DNA of 62,871 bases, filler included, from Chiloscyllium plagiosum (taxonomy: Eukaryota), in NCBI RefSeq assembly GCF_004010195.1. It is 5 parts of one record of this genome, joined end to end, with 100 filler letters (N's around TTAATTAATTAA, not from the genome) between each part and the next. Parts side by side here need not be neighbours in the genome. Positions count along the whole stretch, not along the records: positions 1 to 14,942 come from NC_057713.1; 4 more parts are not named here. The stretch is one strand, 5' to 3'. Below are positions 1-13,234 of the stretch, one piece after another. Under the pieces are notes generated by a model. That model had not been told where the DNA came from and did no database searches. It saw nothing but the letters and a program-made list of their open reading frames with translations. Position 1 is the first letter of the stretch. Every line of letters begins with the position of its first letter. Both the position numbers and the translations under genes were made by a program.

Positions 1-1500
1 GGAACCTGCAACAACCATTCCTGTCCCTGCTCTAACCATGTCTCCAAAATGGCCACAACATCGAAGTCCCAGGTACCAACCCATGCTGCAAGTTCACCCA
101 CCTTATTCCGGATGCTCCTGGCGTTGAAGTAGACACACTTCAAACCAACTTCTTGTTTGCCGGTGCCATCTTGTGTCCCTGAAACTTGATTTTGGACCTC
201 CCTACTCTCAACCTTTTCTATTCTCGAACTACAATTTTGGTTCCCATCCTCCTTCTGGATTAGTTTAAACCCACCCCAATAGCCTTAACGAATTTCTCCC
301 CCAGGATATTGGTACCCCTCTGGTTCAGATGAAGACCCATCCTGCTTGTAGAGGTCCCACCTACCCCAGAAAGAGCCCCAATTGTCCAAGAATCCAAAAC
401 CCTCCCTCCTGCACCATCCCTGTAGCCACGTGTTCAACTCCTCTCCTCTCTCTCCCTATTCTTTGCCTCACTAGCACATGGCACGGGCAACAAACCACAG
501 ACAACAACTCTGTTCGTCCTAGCTCTAAGCTTTCATCCTAGCTCCCTGAATTTCTGCCTTAAATCCCCATCTCTCTTCCTACCTATGTCGTTGGTGCCTA
601 TGTGTAACACAACTTGGGGCTGCTCCCCCTCCCCTTTAAGGATCTCCAAAACACCATCAGAGACATCATGAACCCCGGCACCTGGGAGGCAACACACCAA
701 CCGTGAGTCTCTCTCGTCCCCACAGAACCTCCTATCTGTCCCCCTAACTATGGAGTCCTCAATGACTACTGCTCTGCTCCTCTTCCCCTGCCCTGCCAGA
801 GCCCTGTACCACACTGCTTTCCCCTGGTAAGTCGTCCCTCCCAACAGTATCCAAAACGGTATACTTATTGTTGAGGGGAATGGCCACAGGGGATCCCTGC
901 ACTGCCTGCCGGTTTCCTTTCCGTCCCCTGACTGTAACCCATTTGCCTTTTTCTTGTACCTTAGGAGTGACTACCTCCCTGTAACTCTTCTCAATAACCA
1001 CCTCTGCCTCCCGAATGATCCGAAGTTCATCCAGCTCCAGCTCCAGTTCCCTAACGCGGTTTTTGAGGAGCTGGAGTTGGATGCACTTCCTGCAGATGTA
1101 GTCAGCAGGGACACTAGTGGTGACCTTTACCTTCCACATTCTGCAGGAAGAACATTCAACTGCCCTAACCTCCATTCCCACTATTCTAAATTCCCAAAGA
1201 GACTGTTGAAAAAAATAATGAATAAAAAAAAAACTCGTTACCTTACCAATCTGGTGCACAGGTCCTTTTTTTTTGTTAGAGGTTGAGGATGAGTGGTAGA
1301 CACTACCATAGTAGTGCTTTGGGTAATGCAACCACACAAATATATGACTTCCCAGAAGTCCTTCGCTCCTCCCTCACACCTCTTGGCAAATGGAGGCCTC
1401 ACTCCCGAGGTAAGTCCCTTTTAATGCGGGAAAACTCACCCTTCCCGGCAGCCCTCGCTTCACCTCTGCTTCTCTCCTTGCCGCTCTGGCAAAAGCAGGC
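1..1500 (-). mobile_element. CR1 LINE 5' portion: 5'UTR, ORF1 (Zn finger/leucine zipper plus SGNH esterase, frameshifted) and start of ORF2 endonuclease
   Basis: Minus translation gives VECSSCRMW...YICRKC...RVRELELELDEL (759-1180), then IEDSIVRG...HIGTNDI (533-844), and at 1-140 KCVYFNARSIRNKVGELAAWVGTWDFDVVAILETW (APE endonuclease start). Confidence 0.93.
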
Positions 1501-1519
1501 TGGGAACATGGAGTAGTGA

Positions 1520-1735
1520 GGTCTCCTCTGCTGGTCCTGAGGAATAGGATAGCCCTACTCTGCACCACACCGTTCATCAGGACATTGAGGACCCTGTCAA
1601 ACAAAGTAGGATGCCAATTGCCCTCTACCCAACATTTCTGGGGCAATTTGCACCAACCATGTAGAACAGCTCTGGACTGACAATGTTTGACTGACTGGCA
1701 CCAGCAGATCCTGGCAGTGGTGAGTACTTTCACCT
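1520..1735 (-). mobile_element. Possible Myb/SANT-like ORF remnant of a Harbinger-type DNA transposon
   Basis: LFDRVLNVLMNGVVQSRAILF resembles the first helix of Myb/SANT-like domains; short and degenerate. Confidence 0.3.
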
Positions 1736-1830
1736 GCAGCGAGTCAGAGAATTTGACTCATGGGGACATGGTGCATAGGTTAGGGTTTGGATTAAGGGTC
1801 ACAAAACTAAAATAAAGAATTGGAGATTTG

Positions 1831-2008
1831 AGTCAAAACCAAAAATTGCATGTGAAACTTAGCAGGTCAGGTGGAAAGAAAGAATTAACATTTGAGTCCA
1901 ATGACACTTCATCAGAACAGAGTCACCAGACCTAAAACGTTAACTCTGCTTTCTTCCCACAGATGCTGCCAGACCTGCTGAATTTCACTAGCAATTTCTG
2001 TTTCTGTT
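1831..2008. mobile_element. Palindromic PLE-terminus-derived element with decayed hammerhead core (GTTAAC family)
   Basis: Inverted arms (agcaggtc.../...gacctgct). Minus strand reads GTT-CTGATGA-AGTGTCATTGGACTC-AAATGTTAA; plus arm reads gtcaccagacctaaaacgttaactc. Confidence 0.7.
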
Positions 2009-4534
2009 AGGGTGAGGCAGGTTTGCAAACATAACTAAGAGATTGCAAAGGGAAAACACAGAAGGGCTCACAGAGAGAAACCCTCCATGAAAATTGACAC
2101 CTCACCAAAATCGAGTAAAATTTAACCCTCGGAATTGGATTCATTGGAAGTGGCAGGACTCTCACCTGCTGACTGGAGAATGAGAGAGCTTTGTGTCACC
2201 TTGTTACAAGAAGGACCAACGGACATTGTATCATTCAGATACTTATCTGGCCAACAGGAATTAATAGCTCATTTATAAGCCTCAATTCACAGCAGCTTGT
2301 CAAACCAGAGGTCCAGTGGGAGTGGAGATGGGAGGGTGAAGATCCTGAACTGACACCTTGTCACCTGACTAAATGCTGCCTTACCATCAATGAACCAAGG
2401 GGAAGGCAATTTGATTCAGATGCATGATTGAGTCCCCTGGCATTCTGAAGATTAAATGTGAAAATAATTTTCAAAACATTCAGGGTAGCACGTAAGGTCA
2501 CCAAGTGAAACTATTTACATTGCCCGGGGAGTTTAGTACGAGAGAAAATAGCTTAAAATTAGAACAAGATCTTTTAGGATTGAAAATAGGAGACACTCTT
2601 ACATGTAAAATATGGTCAAAAGTGCTTCAGCAAATATAATTGCTACAAGGATTAATTTTGTTAATTTTAAAACTAAGATTTATAGACCTTTGTTAGCCAA
2701 AGGTATTAAGAGATATGGGGCACAAATGGGTTTAGGAATTAAGTCAAAGATCATTGAATGGTGGAATATGTTTAAGGGGCTAAATAACATGATGATTTGA
2801 CATCACACTTGGTCTAGCCTTGTGATATTGTCTGTTTAAACAGTGTAGTCACATGTGAAATAATGCCTTGACCCTGAAATAGCCTCACAGGGTTGGAGGT
2901 AGGGTGACAAAACTGAAGTCCCAAATCGTTGACCTCTGCTCCCTACCGGGTGTGGGAGATCTCAGATTCACTCAAAGATTATAAGATAAAATAGAAGAGA
3001 AAGGCCATTTGACTCGTCTTCCTCCATCCAGCTAGAAAAACATTCAGATCCTCTCATCAGTGCACCCAGCTGTCTCCAAAATGACTCCAAACTATTTTGC
3101 TTCCACCTCTTTACTCAGAAATCCATTCCAAGTGTTAATGACCCAGTATGAACTTCCTTACATCAGTCAAAAATTTGCCAAAATTAAATTAATTGTTTTA
3201 AGTAGTTCAGAAAAATAATATATTTCCTTCATATCGAAAAACGTTTCTGAGATTCCATCATAGTAAATGTTACTTCACCATTTCCCCAGATACTGGGGAA
3301 ACAGTAACAAATTACTATGTGGCACAGAATATATGGGATATCACCCACTAATCATTAAACTGACTTCAAATGTGCCTTATAGCCTCCATAAAATGTGCAA
3401 ACATCAACCCTGCTTATTTTAGCCCAGCTTGTGCTTAATTAGTAGCTTAATTGCTCTTTTACCATTGTCCGATAATCTGTTACAGCTGGATTTGATTCAG
3501 TTTGGATAAATGCGGTCTAGCGTGAATGACGTGGAGGTTGTATTAATGAGCAAGCAGCTGTTCTGCTAAATGTACAATTATAATTTTGCGTTCAGGATGT
3601 TTCAGCTTAACACTGGACAAAAAAGTGAAGATACACAAAACAGTCTGGAGATTGTAAGAGTTAAACATCTACCACAGAACAGAACTTGTGAAAGATTAGA
3701 ATGCATGAACCATAATAGACAGGAAAAGACCTTCTGGTCTATCAAGCTTAATCCACACAACTGTGATAATCTTTACATCACAGAACACACTCATGTCCCT
3801 GAACCACCCCCTGTCAACAATCCCTTCAACCATGAAAATCATATAATGTCCTGAAAAAAGGTTAATAAAATATAAAATCACAGGCCAAAAGGGAGGCAAG
3901 GATCTTGAAATTTTTTCAATGACTCCTCAGACAAGTTAAAATAGTCCTGGAGGCAACTCTGGTATTATGTCCTACATTCTGAACCTTTTATACAAGATCA
4001 TATCCATCTTAGTTAGACTCCTAATTCAAGTGTTGTAAGTTTCGTGCAGGAGCCTAAATGTGCATTTACTGTGATTATTAGTTCAGATCTCCCGGCAGGT
4101 TTGTAGGTAAGCAGGGTCCATGAAATTCTCTTCATCATCTTCCCCCCCCCCTCTGAATTCCACTCATTTCGACTGGTCAACAATTCTTTGTGTACTTGGT
4201 GAGACCTAGGCTTGCCTGCCACACTTATCCAATTAAGAGCCTTAAATAGGCAAGGAATAGCCAGTTAAGAGCTGCAAGGACTTACCCTTAAGCTTAAAGT
4301 TGGCTGAAGGAGTTCTGCAATAGTGGGAAGGACTGGAAAGTCACCCTGCTCAGGCCTCGGGCTAGGAAGCAGGCCGGGCCCTCTTTTGTGGCCTTCTTAA
4401 CATCAGCATTTATGGATTCCAATGGAGAAAGGAAGGCTTTTGTGGTGCAGTGGTAGTGTCTCTACCTCTGAGCCAGGAAGCCCAGGTTCACATTGCCCCA
4501 CTCCAGAGATATAATAATGACAAGGTTTTCTAGG

Positions 4535-5290
4535 ACAATCCCTGGTTTGGAAGGATTGTTTAATGAGCAAAGCTAAACAGTTTGAGACTCTATAGTTTTG
4601 GGCTGCACGGTGGCTCAGTTAGTAGCACTGCTGCCTCACAGCAGCAGGGACCTGAGTTTGATTCCACCCTCGGGTGATAGCGTGGAGTTTGCACATTCTC
4701 CCTGTGCCTGTGTGGGTTTCCTCCAGGTGCTCTGGTTTTCTTCCACAGTCCAAAGATGTGCAGGTTAGGTGAATCGGCCATAGTGTTCAGGGATGTGTAA
4801 GATAGGTCAGGAGAAATGTAGAGTAAAAGGGTAGGGGAATGGGTCTTCATGGGATTCTCTTCGGAGGGTCGGTGTGGACTTGTTGGGCCAAATAGGTAAG
4901 TGGCCTGTTTCCATACTGTTGGGATTCTATGATTTTATTCATTGTAGTTTAGATGAATGAGAGGTGATCTAATTGAATTCTTAAGGAGCGTCACAAGATA
5001 ATTGTTGTGAGGCTGCTTCCCCTCATGGGAGACTCTATGACCAGACAGCATAGTCTCCAAATAAAGGACTGCCGATTTAAAACTGAGATGTGGAGGAATT
5101 TCTTCTCTCTGAAATCTTTGCGTCTTTGGAACTGGTTGGCATCCCGAGCTATGGGGGCAGAGTCCGTGTGTACGATCAAGGCTGTGATAGATAGATTCTT
5201 GATCAGTCAGGGAATCAAGGGCTTGGGGAAAGGTCAGGAAAGTGAACATGAGGAATATAAGATTAGCCATGATCCTATTGAATGGGATCA
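4535..5290 (+). mobile_element. CR1 LINE 3' fragment interrupted by an HE1 SINE
   Basis: CR1 C-terminal motifs (MRGDLIE; RFKTEMWRNFFS; LWN) resume after 4935. Confidence 0.8.
4600..4935 (+). mobile_element. HE1-type tRNA-derived SINE
   Basis: gcacggtggctcag...agcactgctgcctcacagc head, tggagtttgcacattctccc central domain, gtggacttgttgggcc tail; matches the four other copies in the window. Confidence 0.9.
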
Positions 5291-7103
5291 AACAGCCTGC
5301 TCCAAGACTGATTTTGTACAGGTTTATAGATGCTCCTTTCCTCTCTTCCTACCACTTTCTCCAATAAAAGCCAGCCATTTTCCAACGTACCCTCAAGTAC
5401 TCTTTCTCTTTCCACATTGTTAGACCGGCTAGTTTCTCCAGCACTCTTTTTTTTTGTTTCTAGACCACTTATTCAGGTTGGTTGGCAGCACTCTGTACTG
5501 GAATGTCCTGTTCAGTGAGAATTGGCAATCCTGTCTCCAGCAAATTAAACTTCTGTGCTGCAGCCAGTATTGACAGGAATGCATTCTCTGCTGTCTCTTG
5601 GGAGCAGAAAACGCTGTCATCACCAAAATTTCCCCACGTGTCTGTATTACTGGCCTGGTATCAAATGCCACACTAACATATTCCTGTCCCGAGTATTACA
5701 ATCTGGGCCTGAAATACTGATTTTCCGCAGTTTTCCACCTGAAACGTACACTATTACTTACCTTGTGGAGAAGCAAGTAGAATGCGCAAACAAAAGGGCT
5801 ACATACAGAGATATGGAGTTGAAAAGAGTAAAGGTATCCAGGCCAAGCAAGGTTACTGAAAGGAGCAGTGACCTGGACATTTATTTCATTGCAATCTGTG
5901 GAACCATGCAAAGTGCAAAGTGCAAATTTACAGCAATGTCTATGCTTCGAACATTTTTCATTGGGTATGAAACATGTCAGGGTTCCTGAAATGGTATTGT
6001 ACTATAAATACAAATTTTCTATTTCTCTGGAGCTTTTAAATGCATACAACAAAACATCGAGATGAAGTCAAGGGAGCATTTGAATTCTTTCAGACATCAC
6101 CTGATGCAAAACATGCTGCGGTTAAACATAAGAGGTCAAGTCGACTTTTAAACTTATTATTAAAAAATAATTGGCTCATGCATGCACACACACGCATTTA
6201 TTTAAAACATGCATTGCTGGAGGGATGCATTCCTCCTGTATAAATAGCTAAATCAATGTTCTTTGTCATTCAGGATGTGTGATAATGTGTTAATGTCAGG
6301 TTGTGCAGCTTTTCTAAGCCTTAAATTATAGGCTCATCACAAAACCGAACAGCGAAAGGACTATCTTCACATTCAGTCCTTTTGTTAAGAGAAGCTATGT
6401 TAAAGGCACAATGGCACAATGAAGTTGTGAGCATTTGTTTCTTCTGGAAGGTCAGCAGGCTGACAAGACATAAAATGAAGAGATGACTGGGGAAAGTGAT
6501 GATGCGAATTGGTCATTAATCCAGAAAGAGAAAAGATTTAATGGCAGCATTGAATGTTCATTCATTAAATGCTAGAGCAGGTATCAGGATAAAAGCACTA
6601 TGAAAAAGAAAATCTTTAGAGGTTATGTAAACAGAAAATCACGATGTTAGACATACGTCTGGTCAACGTTTCTGCTGTTCTAGTAATTGTAGCTGATAAT
6701 GTGCTGCCTTTCAATATTCCTGTCAGTTTGATCTTAGGGAGACCTTTGCATTAGCATTCAGCTTTGTAGCATGGCCATGCAATGGCTCATTTTTGGGAGG
6801 ACAGTGGTGTAGGCATGTGTCAGATACTTACATACTGTGATGCCGAACAGCCTGTCAGGATGGCTAGATCTATGGCTTGCAAACTTGGACAGCAACTGAT
6901 CAGTTTCTACCCTCTTTCAATCACTTACAACATATGTTCACCTGCCTTAGGGAGCCTCCACACCAGCTTTCTTCAAAATCTCAGCAGCTTGGGATGTTTT
7001 GATTTACTTTCATTCGTGTAATGTTTGTGGCAGTACTGAGTTATATTTCTGGAGATGGTTTGGTGACATGCTGCTGTCTTTAGGGCCTGTTGCTACATTC
7101 TTA

Positions 7104-7201
7104 CACAGCTGTCCAAAGACCTGTCCACAGAGACCATAAATGGTCCGGCTGCTTTGGCCACAGTTCCTCTTCGTCCAAAGCTCGGGTGTAGAAATGGGAA
7201 G
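7104..7201 (-). CDS. Candidate exon of an unidentified minus-strand gene or pseudogene
   Basis: Pyrimidine-rich acceptor ttgtgtctttgcacacag|; phase-1 frame ASHFYTRALDEEELWPKQPDHLWSLWTGLWTA; possible donor |gtaaga. Confidence 0.3.
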
Positions 7202-7306
7202 CTGTGTGCAAAGACACAAACAAGAGGACACTACACAGAACAACATTCCCACCAAATATCTTCAAAAAGAGCACCCTTACCTTTATCTCAGACAAGAATA
7301 TTGCTT

Positions 7307-7468
7307 AGGAGAAACTGAGGCCTGCAGATGCTGTAGATCAGAGTCAAGAGTGTGGTGCTGGAAAAGCACAGCAGGTCAGGCAGCATCCGAAGAACAAGAG
7401 AGTCGACATTTCCCGCATAAGCCTGATGAAGGGCTTATGCCCAAAACATCGATTCTCCTGCTCCTCAG
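7307..7468 (+). mobile_element. PLE-terminus-derived palindromic element, hammerhead family A (CpG-decayed)
   Basis: CTGATGA-A-GGGC-TTAT-GCCC-AAAAC-ATC at 7423-7450; partial inverted arms; homologous to 18728-18907 and 59015-59157. Confidence 0.8.
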
Positions 7469-7745
7469 GAGCATTGGTTAGACTGGTCTTTGGTTTTTCC
7501 TGGTTGATTAATCAGGCTATGATGTAAAATGAGAGGTTGGTGATAAATTGAGTAGCAGATGACATTTGAAGATGCATTTACCCTGAGTTTAACCACTTGC
7601 ACCTTTAAGTGGGATAGGCTGCCTTTAAGAGCTGAAACTTTATTGCCTTTAAGAGGGCAATGTCAATAAAATGTTTTGATCACATTTACTGTTATCACCC
7701 CCCACCATTGAGCATTAAGCCAGGCAGCAGTATGTTTGCACTCAC

Positions 7746-7841
7746 CTGGATGCGAATCTAAAAGTAGGCCAGCATGAGGTTTACTCGTGCTTGCCTGAAT
7801 AGAACCAGGGTTTGGTGAATTGTGAATTGCGATCCCCAAAC
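7746..7841 (-). CDS. Candidate 96-bp symmetric (phase 1-1) exon, unidentified gene
   Basis: Strong acceptor tttccattttcag| and donor ccag|gtgagt; open frame GLGIAIHNSPNPGSIQASTSKPHAGLLLDSHP. Confidence 0.45.
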
Positions 7842-9044
7842 CTGAAAATGGAAATAGCCCAATTTTTAGCCCTGAGCTTCTTGCCTTCTTTGTGATTCAT
7901 TTCAAAAACAAACCATTCTCTCACTGAAGTAATAGGTCCCAACTGAATCTGTCCCTCATCAACAGACATTCCCTCATCCTAATGTCTTATTCCAATTCAA
8001 ATATCCCTGACTGATCCACAACATGCTGATCTGTTAATTTTACAAAATCATTTATATTCCTTTTCATTTCTCTCTGATATGAAGAGTTCAGCCTTGTGAC
8101 ACAATGCTCTGTGTTATGTTCTTTACTGCTTAGAAGTGCTGCTTCATATTTACTTGCTCACCTAAATCTACCTGCATTTATGGCTGTGGGACTGTGTACA
8201 ATTCTTCCTGTGTGGCCATTTCAATTACTTTATATCTTGGCAGAATAGCTTCCTTTGATCTTTCTTGTACAGCTTAACACTCCATGTCCTTCACAGTCAG
8301 TAGATGATCCTGCAGAATTCTCCAGGACATCGTTAATTTATACTGGAAAAATCTCATATTAAAAATTAGCAAAATTCTTGGCTGATGCTGTGGGAGTTCC
8401 TTTTTTTCATGTTATGAGGCTATATTTTAGACTGAAACAAAATGCACCCATTATGCTGTGGCCCTGAACTGTAATGAGCTTATGTCCCAGCGTACTATGA
8501 GGCTAAGTCCCCAGAATGTATAAGATGATGAACCCTGACCTGTGTCAGGCTGTCTCCTCAGCAAATTGAGGCCAGGCCCTGGATTTTAGTGTTCAATGTT
8601 TTTAGAGTCGGGGTCAATGTTCCTGACTTTCTGTGGTCAGTGCACTTGGTTTGTGTAGTACAATCATGTCTATACTCAGAGAAGTGAACATAAACACGCT
8701 TTATTGAACTTAGCTATACACAATGGATGGTGAGAGAAGCCTACTTCTGGAACCCTACCACCACAAATCCAATTTTCATGTGATCTGACAACATTTTGAC
8801 ACAGCTCCTTAAGAACATGCTCAATGTTTAGTCTTTAGAGTAAAGCTTTGGTTAGGTCATGTTCTTTCACTATATTCCTTTTAATCATTAACATGTAACT
8901 CTTTACTCCTATTTCTCTAGAGCGTCATGTATGTTGCCTGATGCAATATTCTCGGCCTTGTTGGAGACAAGAAAGGCGTGCACGCTTATCATTGCTTTGG
9001 TGGATTGAGTTGGCATCTTTTCATGACAGATAGTTCACGGCGAG

Positions 9045-10382
9045 AAGGGCAAAAGTGAGGACTGCAGATGCTAGAGATTAGAGTCAAGAGTGTGGTGCTG
9101 GAAAAGCACAACAATAGACAATAGACAATAGGTGCAGGAGTAGGCCATTCAGCCCTTCGAGCCTGCACCGCCATTCAATATGATCATGGCTGATCATTCC
9201 TAATCAGTATCCTGTTCCTGCCTTATCTCCATAACCCTTGATTCCACTATCTTTGAGAGCTCTATCCAACTCCTTCTTAAAGAGTGGGCCTCCACTGCCC
9301 CCTGTGGCAGAGCATTCCACACAGCCACCACTCTCCAGGTGAAGAAGTTTCTCCTCATCTCTGCCCGAAATGGTCTACCCCGTATTTTTAAGCTATGTCC
9401 TCTGGTTCGCCACTCACCCATCAGCGGAAACATGTTTCCTGCCGCCAGAGTGTCCAATCCTTTGATCATCTTATATGTCTCAACCAGATCCCCTCTCAGT
9501 CTTCTAAACTCAAGAGTATACAAGCCCAGTTGCTTCAGTCTTTCAGTGTAAGGTAATCCCGCCATTCCAGGAATTGACCTCGTGAACCTACGCAGCATTC
9601 CCTCAATAGCCAGAATGTCTCTCCTCAAATTTGGAGACCAGAACTGCACACAGTACTCCAGGTGTGGTCTCACCAGGGCCCTGTACAGCTGCAGAAGGAC
9701 CTCTTTGCTTCTATACTCAATCCCTCTTGTTATGAAGGCCAGCATGCTATTAGCCTTCTTCACTACCTGCTGTACCTGCATGCTTACCTTCATTGAGTGG
9801 TGTACAAGAACCCCCAGATCTCTCTGTACTGCCCCTTTACCTAAATTGATTCCACTTAGGTGGTAATCTGCCTTCCTGTTCATGCCACCAAAGTGGATAA
9901 GGATCCATTTATCCACGTGAAAGTGCATCTGCCATGCATCTGAGCACTCACCTAACTTCTCCAGGTCACCCTGTAATCTCCTAACATCCTCATCACATTT
10001 CACCCTGCCACCCAGCTGATGAAATTTGCGAATGTTATTGCGAATACCATCTTGTATATCCTGAAGATAGATTGTAAAAAGCTGCGGTCCCAGTACTGAT
10101 CCGTGCGGTACCCCACTGGTCAGTGCCCGGCATTCCGAAATGGAGGGGTGGAGGATGACTCTATCCTATCCTGTTACTACTATCCAGATGTGCAGTAATT
10201 TCATCCTTTATAATAGACTCCAGCAACTTTCCCACCACTGAGGTCAGACTAACTGGTCTATAATTACCTGCTTTCTCTCGCCCACCTTTCTTAAAAAGTG
10301 GTATAACATTAGCACATAACAGGCCGGGCAGCATCCGAGGAGCAGGAGAATCGATGATTTGGGCAAAAGCCCCTCATCACGG
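9045..10382. mobile_element. Hammerhead family A element split by a CR1 insertion (pieces 9045-9110 and 10312-10382)
   Basis: ...gctggaaaagcacaac | CR1 | agcacataacaggccgggcagcatccgaggagcaggagaatcg...gggcaaaagcccctcatcac continues the family-A sequence. Confidence 0.75.
9110..10311 (-). mobile_element. CR1 LINE 3' portion (RT C-terminus) with (CTATTGT)n tail
   Basis: ORF 9200-10003: QRDLGVLVH...LYRALVRPHLEYCVQFWSP...RRLRGDLVETYK...WNALP; tail aatagacaatagacaatag. Confidence 0.95.
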
Positions 10383-11014
10383 CCATATAATAGTGAAAAG
10401 GTAATTCTCCAAAACTTGAATAAACACTATCCCTTTAATAGGACGACAACAACTTGTAATTCTCACGCTTCAATCCATCTGTGGCATATTCTGAGCAAGG
10501 GATAAATCTAGTGGATAGAAAGAAAAATGAAGAAGAGTCTTTAGATTTTCTGTAAATAGTGGTACTTGTTGAATACTTGCTTCTACATGAGGCTGCTCCT
10601 CTTCAGACAAAATCATCTCCAGAACTCCATCCGAAGGTGGAAGTGTATCATCATTCGCTTGGAAATAAATTGAATGAGGATCCATAAGATGTACTTTTGT
10701 TACACTGCGGGCTGCAGGCAGAATGGAAAAACTGGACAATTGCAGAAAGTTCAGAATAGATAACAATCAGTCTTAGAATCAGCTAAATGTTTGGACTGGC
10801 CAGATGCTGAATGCTTGCACTCCGCATTTGTCTTGCCATTTATTCTGAGACCTGTCTTCATCATCTTGCAGGTGACCTTTGTTGTGAATGTGGTTTGCTT
10901 TCCATGGCCATCTTTTGTGAACTTAAGTGAATATTTGCTCTCAACGATGTCTTTTTCAAATGTAAGATCATCACCCATTAATTGTTTTTCTCAGCAAACA
11001 ATTCACATGATCTT

Positions 11015-11156
11015 TCAACACCAGGTTATAGTCCATAAGATTTATTTGGTAGTACTAGCTTTCGGACTGCTGCTTCTTCATCAGGTGGTTGTGGAGTATA
11101 CGGTGTTGTGTGATTTTCAACTTCATACACCTCAGTCCGACACTGGCATCTCCAAA
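11015..11156 (-). mobile_element. Short PLE-terminus-derived element, hammerhead family C, with 12-bp TSD
   Basis: Minus strand CAC-CTGATGA-AGAAGCAGCAGTCC-GAAA-GCTA-GT; direct repeat TCACATGATCTT at 11003-11014 and 11157-11168. Confidence 0.8.
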
Positions 11157-12053
11157 TCACATGATCTTGATCTCTGAATAAGTTAATAAAATATACACTT
11201 TGCTGTCCCACAAGGAATCCCTTTGTTGTATCAATTGTGTAAGAACACTGGCTGATTCTGCACTGAACTTGAGGAAATCCTTTACAATCTAATCTTTCTC
11301 AGGCTCTGAGGTTTGATAGTGCTGTGTGACTGCCAAAAGCTGGGCTTTTAGGTCAGCAGTCCCTGTCAAGTAGTTTGGCTCCTCCAACTTATGTCTAATT
11401 TGGTATGTTTGAGATGCCTTTGATATTTGGTTTTTAACTTCTCCAAGATAATCTTTAACTCTTGAGCCCTATATTTTAAGTCTCTAATTGTTTGCTGAGA
11501 AAGCCCTTGAGTGTTTTCATGGCTTGCTGATGGGGATTAATTGTAGACTCCAGCTGTCATTTATGAAAATTAATAATTTTTGAACATTGAATATTGACAG
11601 AAACCAATTGAGACATAAGTATATGCCTTTCCCTGGACTGCTTTTTATTGGCTTCTTGCAGTTAATGAACTATTACTTGATGGATTGTTTCCGAGGCTTG
11701 AGGTTTTTCTCTTAGTGCCTGAAGATAATGTTGCTGTTCCTTGAAAATAGTTGTAAATATGTTGATTTACAGTCAATTTCAGCCAATAAATGTGGGGGTA
11801 CTTTCCACCTTGACTGAAGCTTCAAGGTTCATGAATCTGTCAGCACCCTGGACCCTGTCCATGTATGGTTGAAGACCATCTTTCAAACTTCTTAATCAGA
11901 GACTCCTCAAATATTGTCATCACTTGGCTGGCTGTAGAAAATGTGAAAGCTTAATTTTTGTTCATTGGTGATTGGGCCACTATAGCTTCCATCAGCTGTT
12001 GGCCCTTTAGATGTTAGGGCACCTGTGATTGTGCTTTTTCACTTCACTGAAAC

Positions 12054-12201
12054 TGCCATCCTTACCCAATTTAGTCTAAATGTGACTCCAGACTCATGGC
12101 AATGTGGTTGCCTATTAATTGCCCTCTAGACAATTGAGGATGAACAATAAATATTAGTCTGGCCTATAATGTGCATATCCTATGAATGAATGAAAAAAAA
12201 A
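12054..12201 (+). mobile_element. SINE 3' part with L2/CR1-type tail (DeuSINE/SacSINE-like)
   Basis: gccatccttac...tgtgactccagac...aatgtggttg...tgccctct...atgaatgaatgaaaaaaaa; the tail resembles that at 13650-13720. Confidence 0.55.
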
Positions 12202-12559
12202 CTTTGCCTGTAACACTGTAGTTTAGTTTCAGTCATGGTTTCTACAATTTTGTGAATGTTCCATTCATTTGCAAATAGAATAGAGGTGAAGCTGATGGCA
12301 GATATGACTTCAGAATGCCAGCCTCTTTCTGCTTTCCTGTAGCGCTTAACCCTTCATCAGGTATAGGAACTTTTCATTGTCTCATGTTGTTGCTGCTGTT
12401 GTTGCATGTTCTTGGTGGTTCAGTGGAACAGGTAGATAAAATTGCCTTGAAAGATATAGCAGAGACCTCATGTACAGTGCCCCCAGGATCCATCAGTTTA
12501 GGAATATTTCAGACTTTGCTTTCATTAAATCAATATGACTAGTTTGTCTATTCTCTATC

Positions 12560-13130
12560 TCTCTCATTTAGAATTCCCTTTTGTGGCTGACCAACTTCTT
12601 TCTTGAGGCATTTTCACCAAGGTCTGCAGCATCTGTTTTGACAGAATGCAGTATTGGCATTCTCTGTAATCTGGAACCATTGCATTTTGCATCTGGTCAT
12701 AAACCTTCCCCTTCTTCTTCCTTCCGAAGGTCCCATCTCCATCATTAACTTCACCACACTTCCCCTCTTTGAACCAGGTGACTATAACTTGTCATCAGTT
12801 ACTTTCTTCAATTCTTCCAGAATCTTTACTGATCCCCTGATGTTTTGGCTCCTGATTTTGGCTCCTATCTCTTCATTTCACACTTCCATCTCAGCATTCG
12901 TATCTCATTTATATCTAGTTGTTGTTTCTCTTTTGTTGATGTTGGCCAGGTTTCAGCATTATATAACCAGGCTGGTCTCACCACTATCTTGTCGATTCTT
13001 CCTTTCAGTTTGAGTGCTTATTTTCTATTACATAACACTTCATTGTACTTCTTTCAATTTACTCTTATCACAGCTAAATTATTGCTTGTTTCCCATTTCC
13101 TTATTTTCATCTTCTGCCATCATAAAGGTC
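12560..13130 (-). mobile_element. RTE-clade LINE 3' fragment
   Basis: Minus translation LKLKGRIDKIVVRPAWLYNAETW...INEIRMLRW and GRRRGR, the typical RTE post-RT region. Confidence 0.8.
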
Positions 13131-13234
13131 AGGAAAGAATGTAGGATAGAGGCTGGAAATTCTGCATCGAGTAGCTCAACTCCTGGCTTTCCAAAGTTTG
13201 TCCACAATCTATAGGATAGAAGTCAGCATTGTAA

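Larger units (their letters stand above)
10450..12560 (-). pseudogene. Decayed coiled-coil-like ORF, copy 1 (unidentified)
   Basis: Long coding-like frames with stops and frameshifts (e.g. IFKEQQHYLQALREK...RERHILMSQLVSVNI...HQQAMKTLKGF), collinear with copy 2 at about 21900-34200. Confidence 0.6.
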
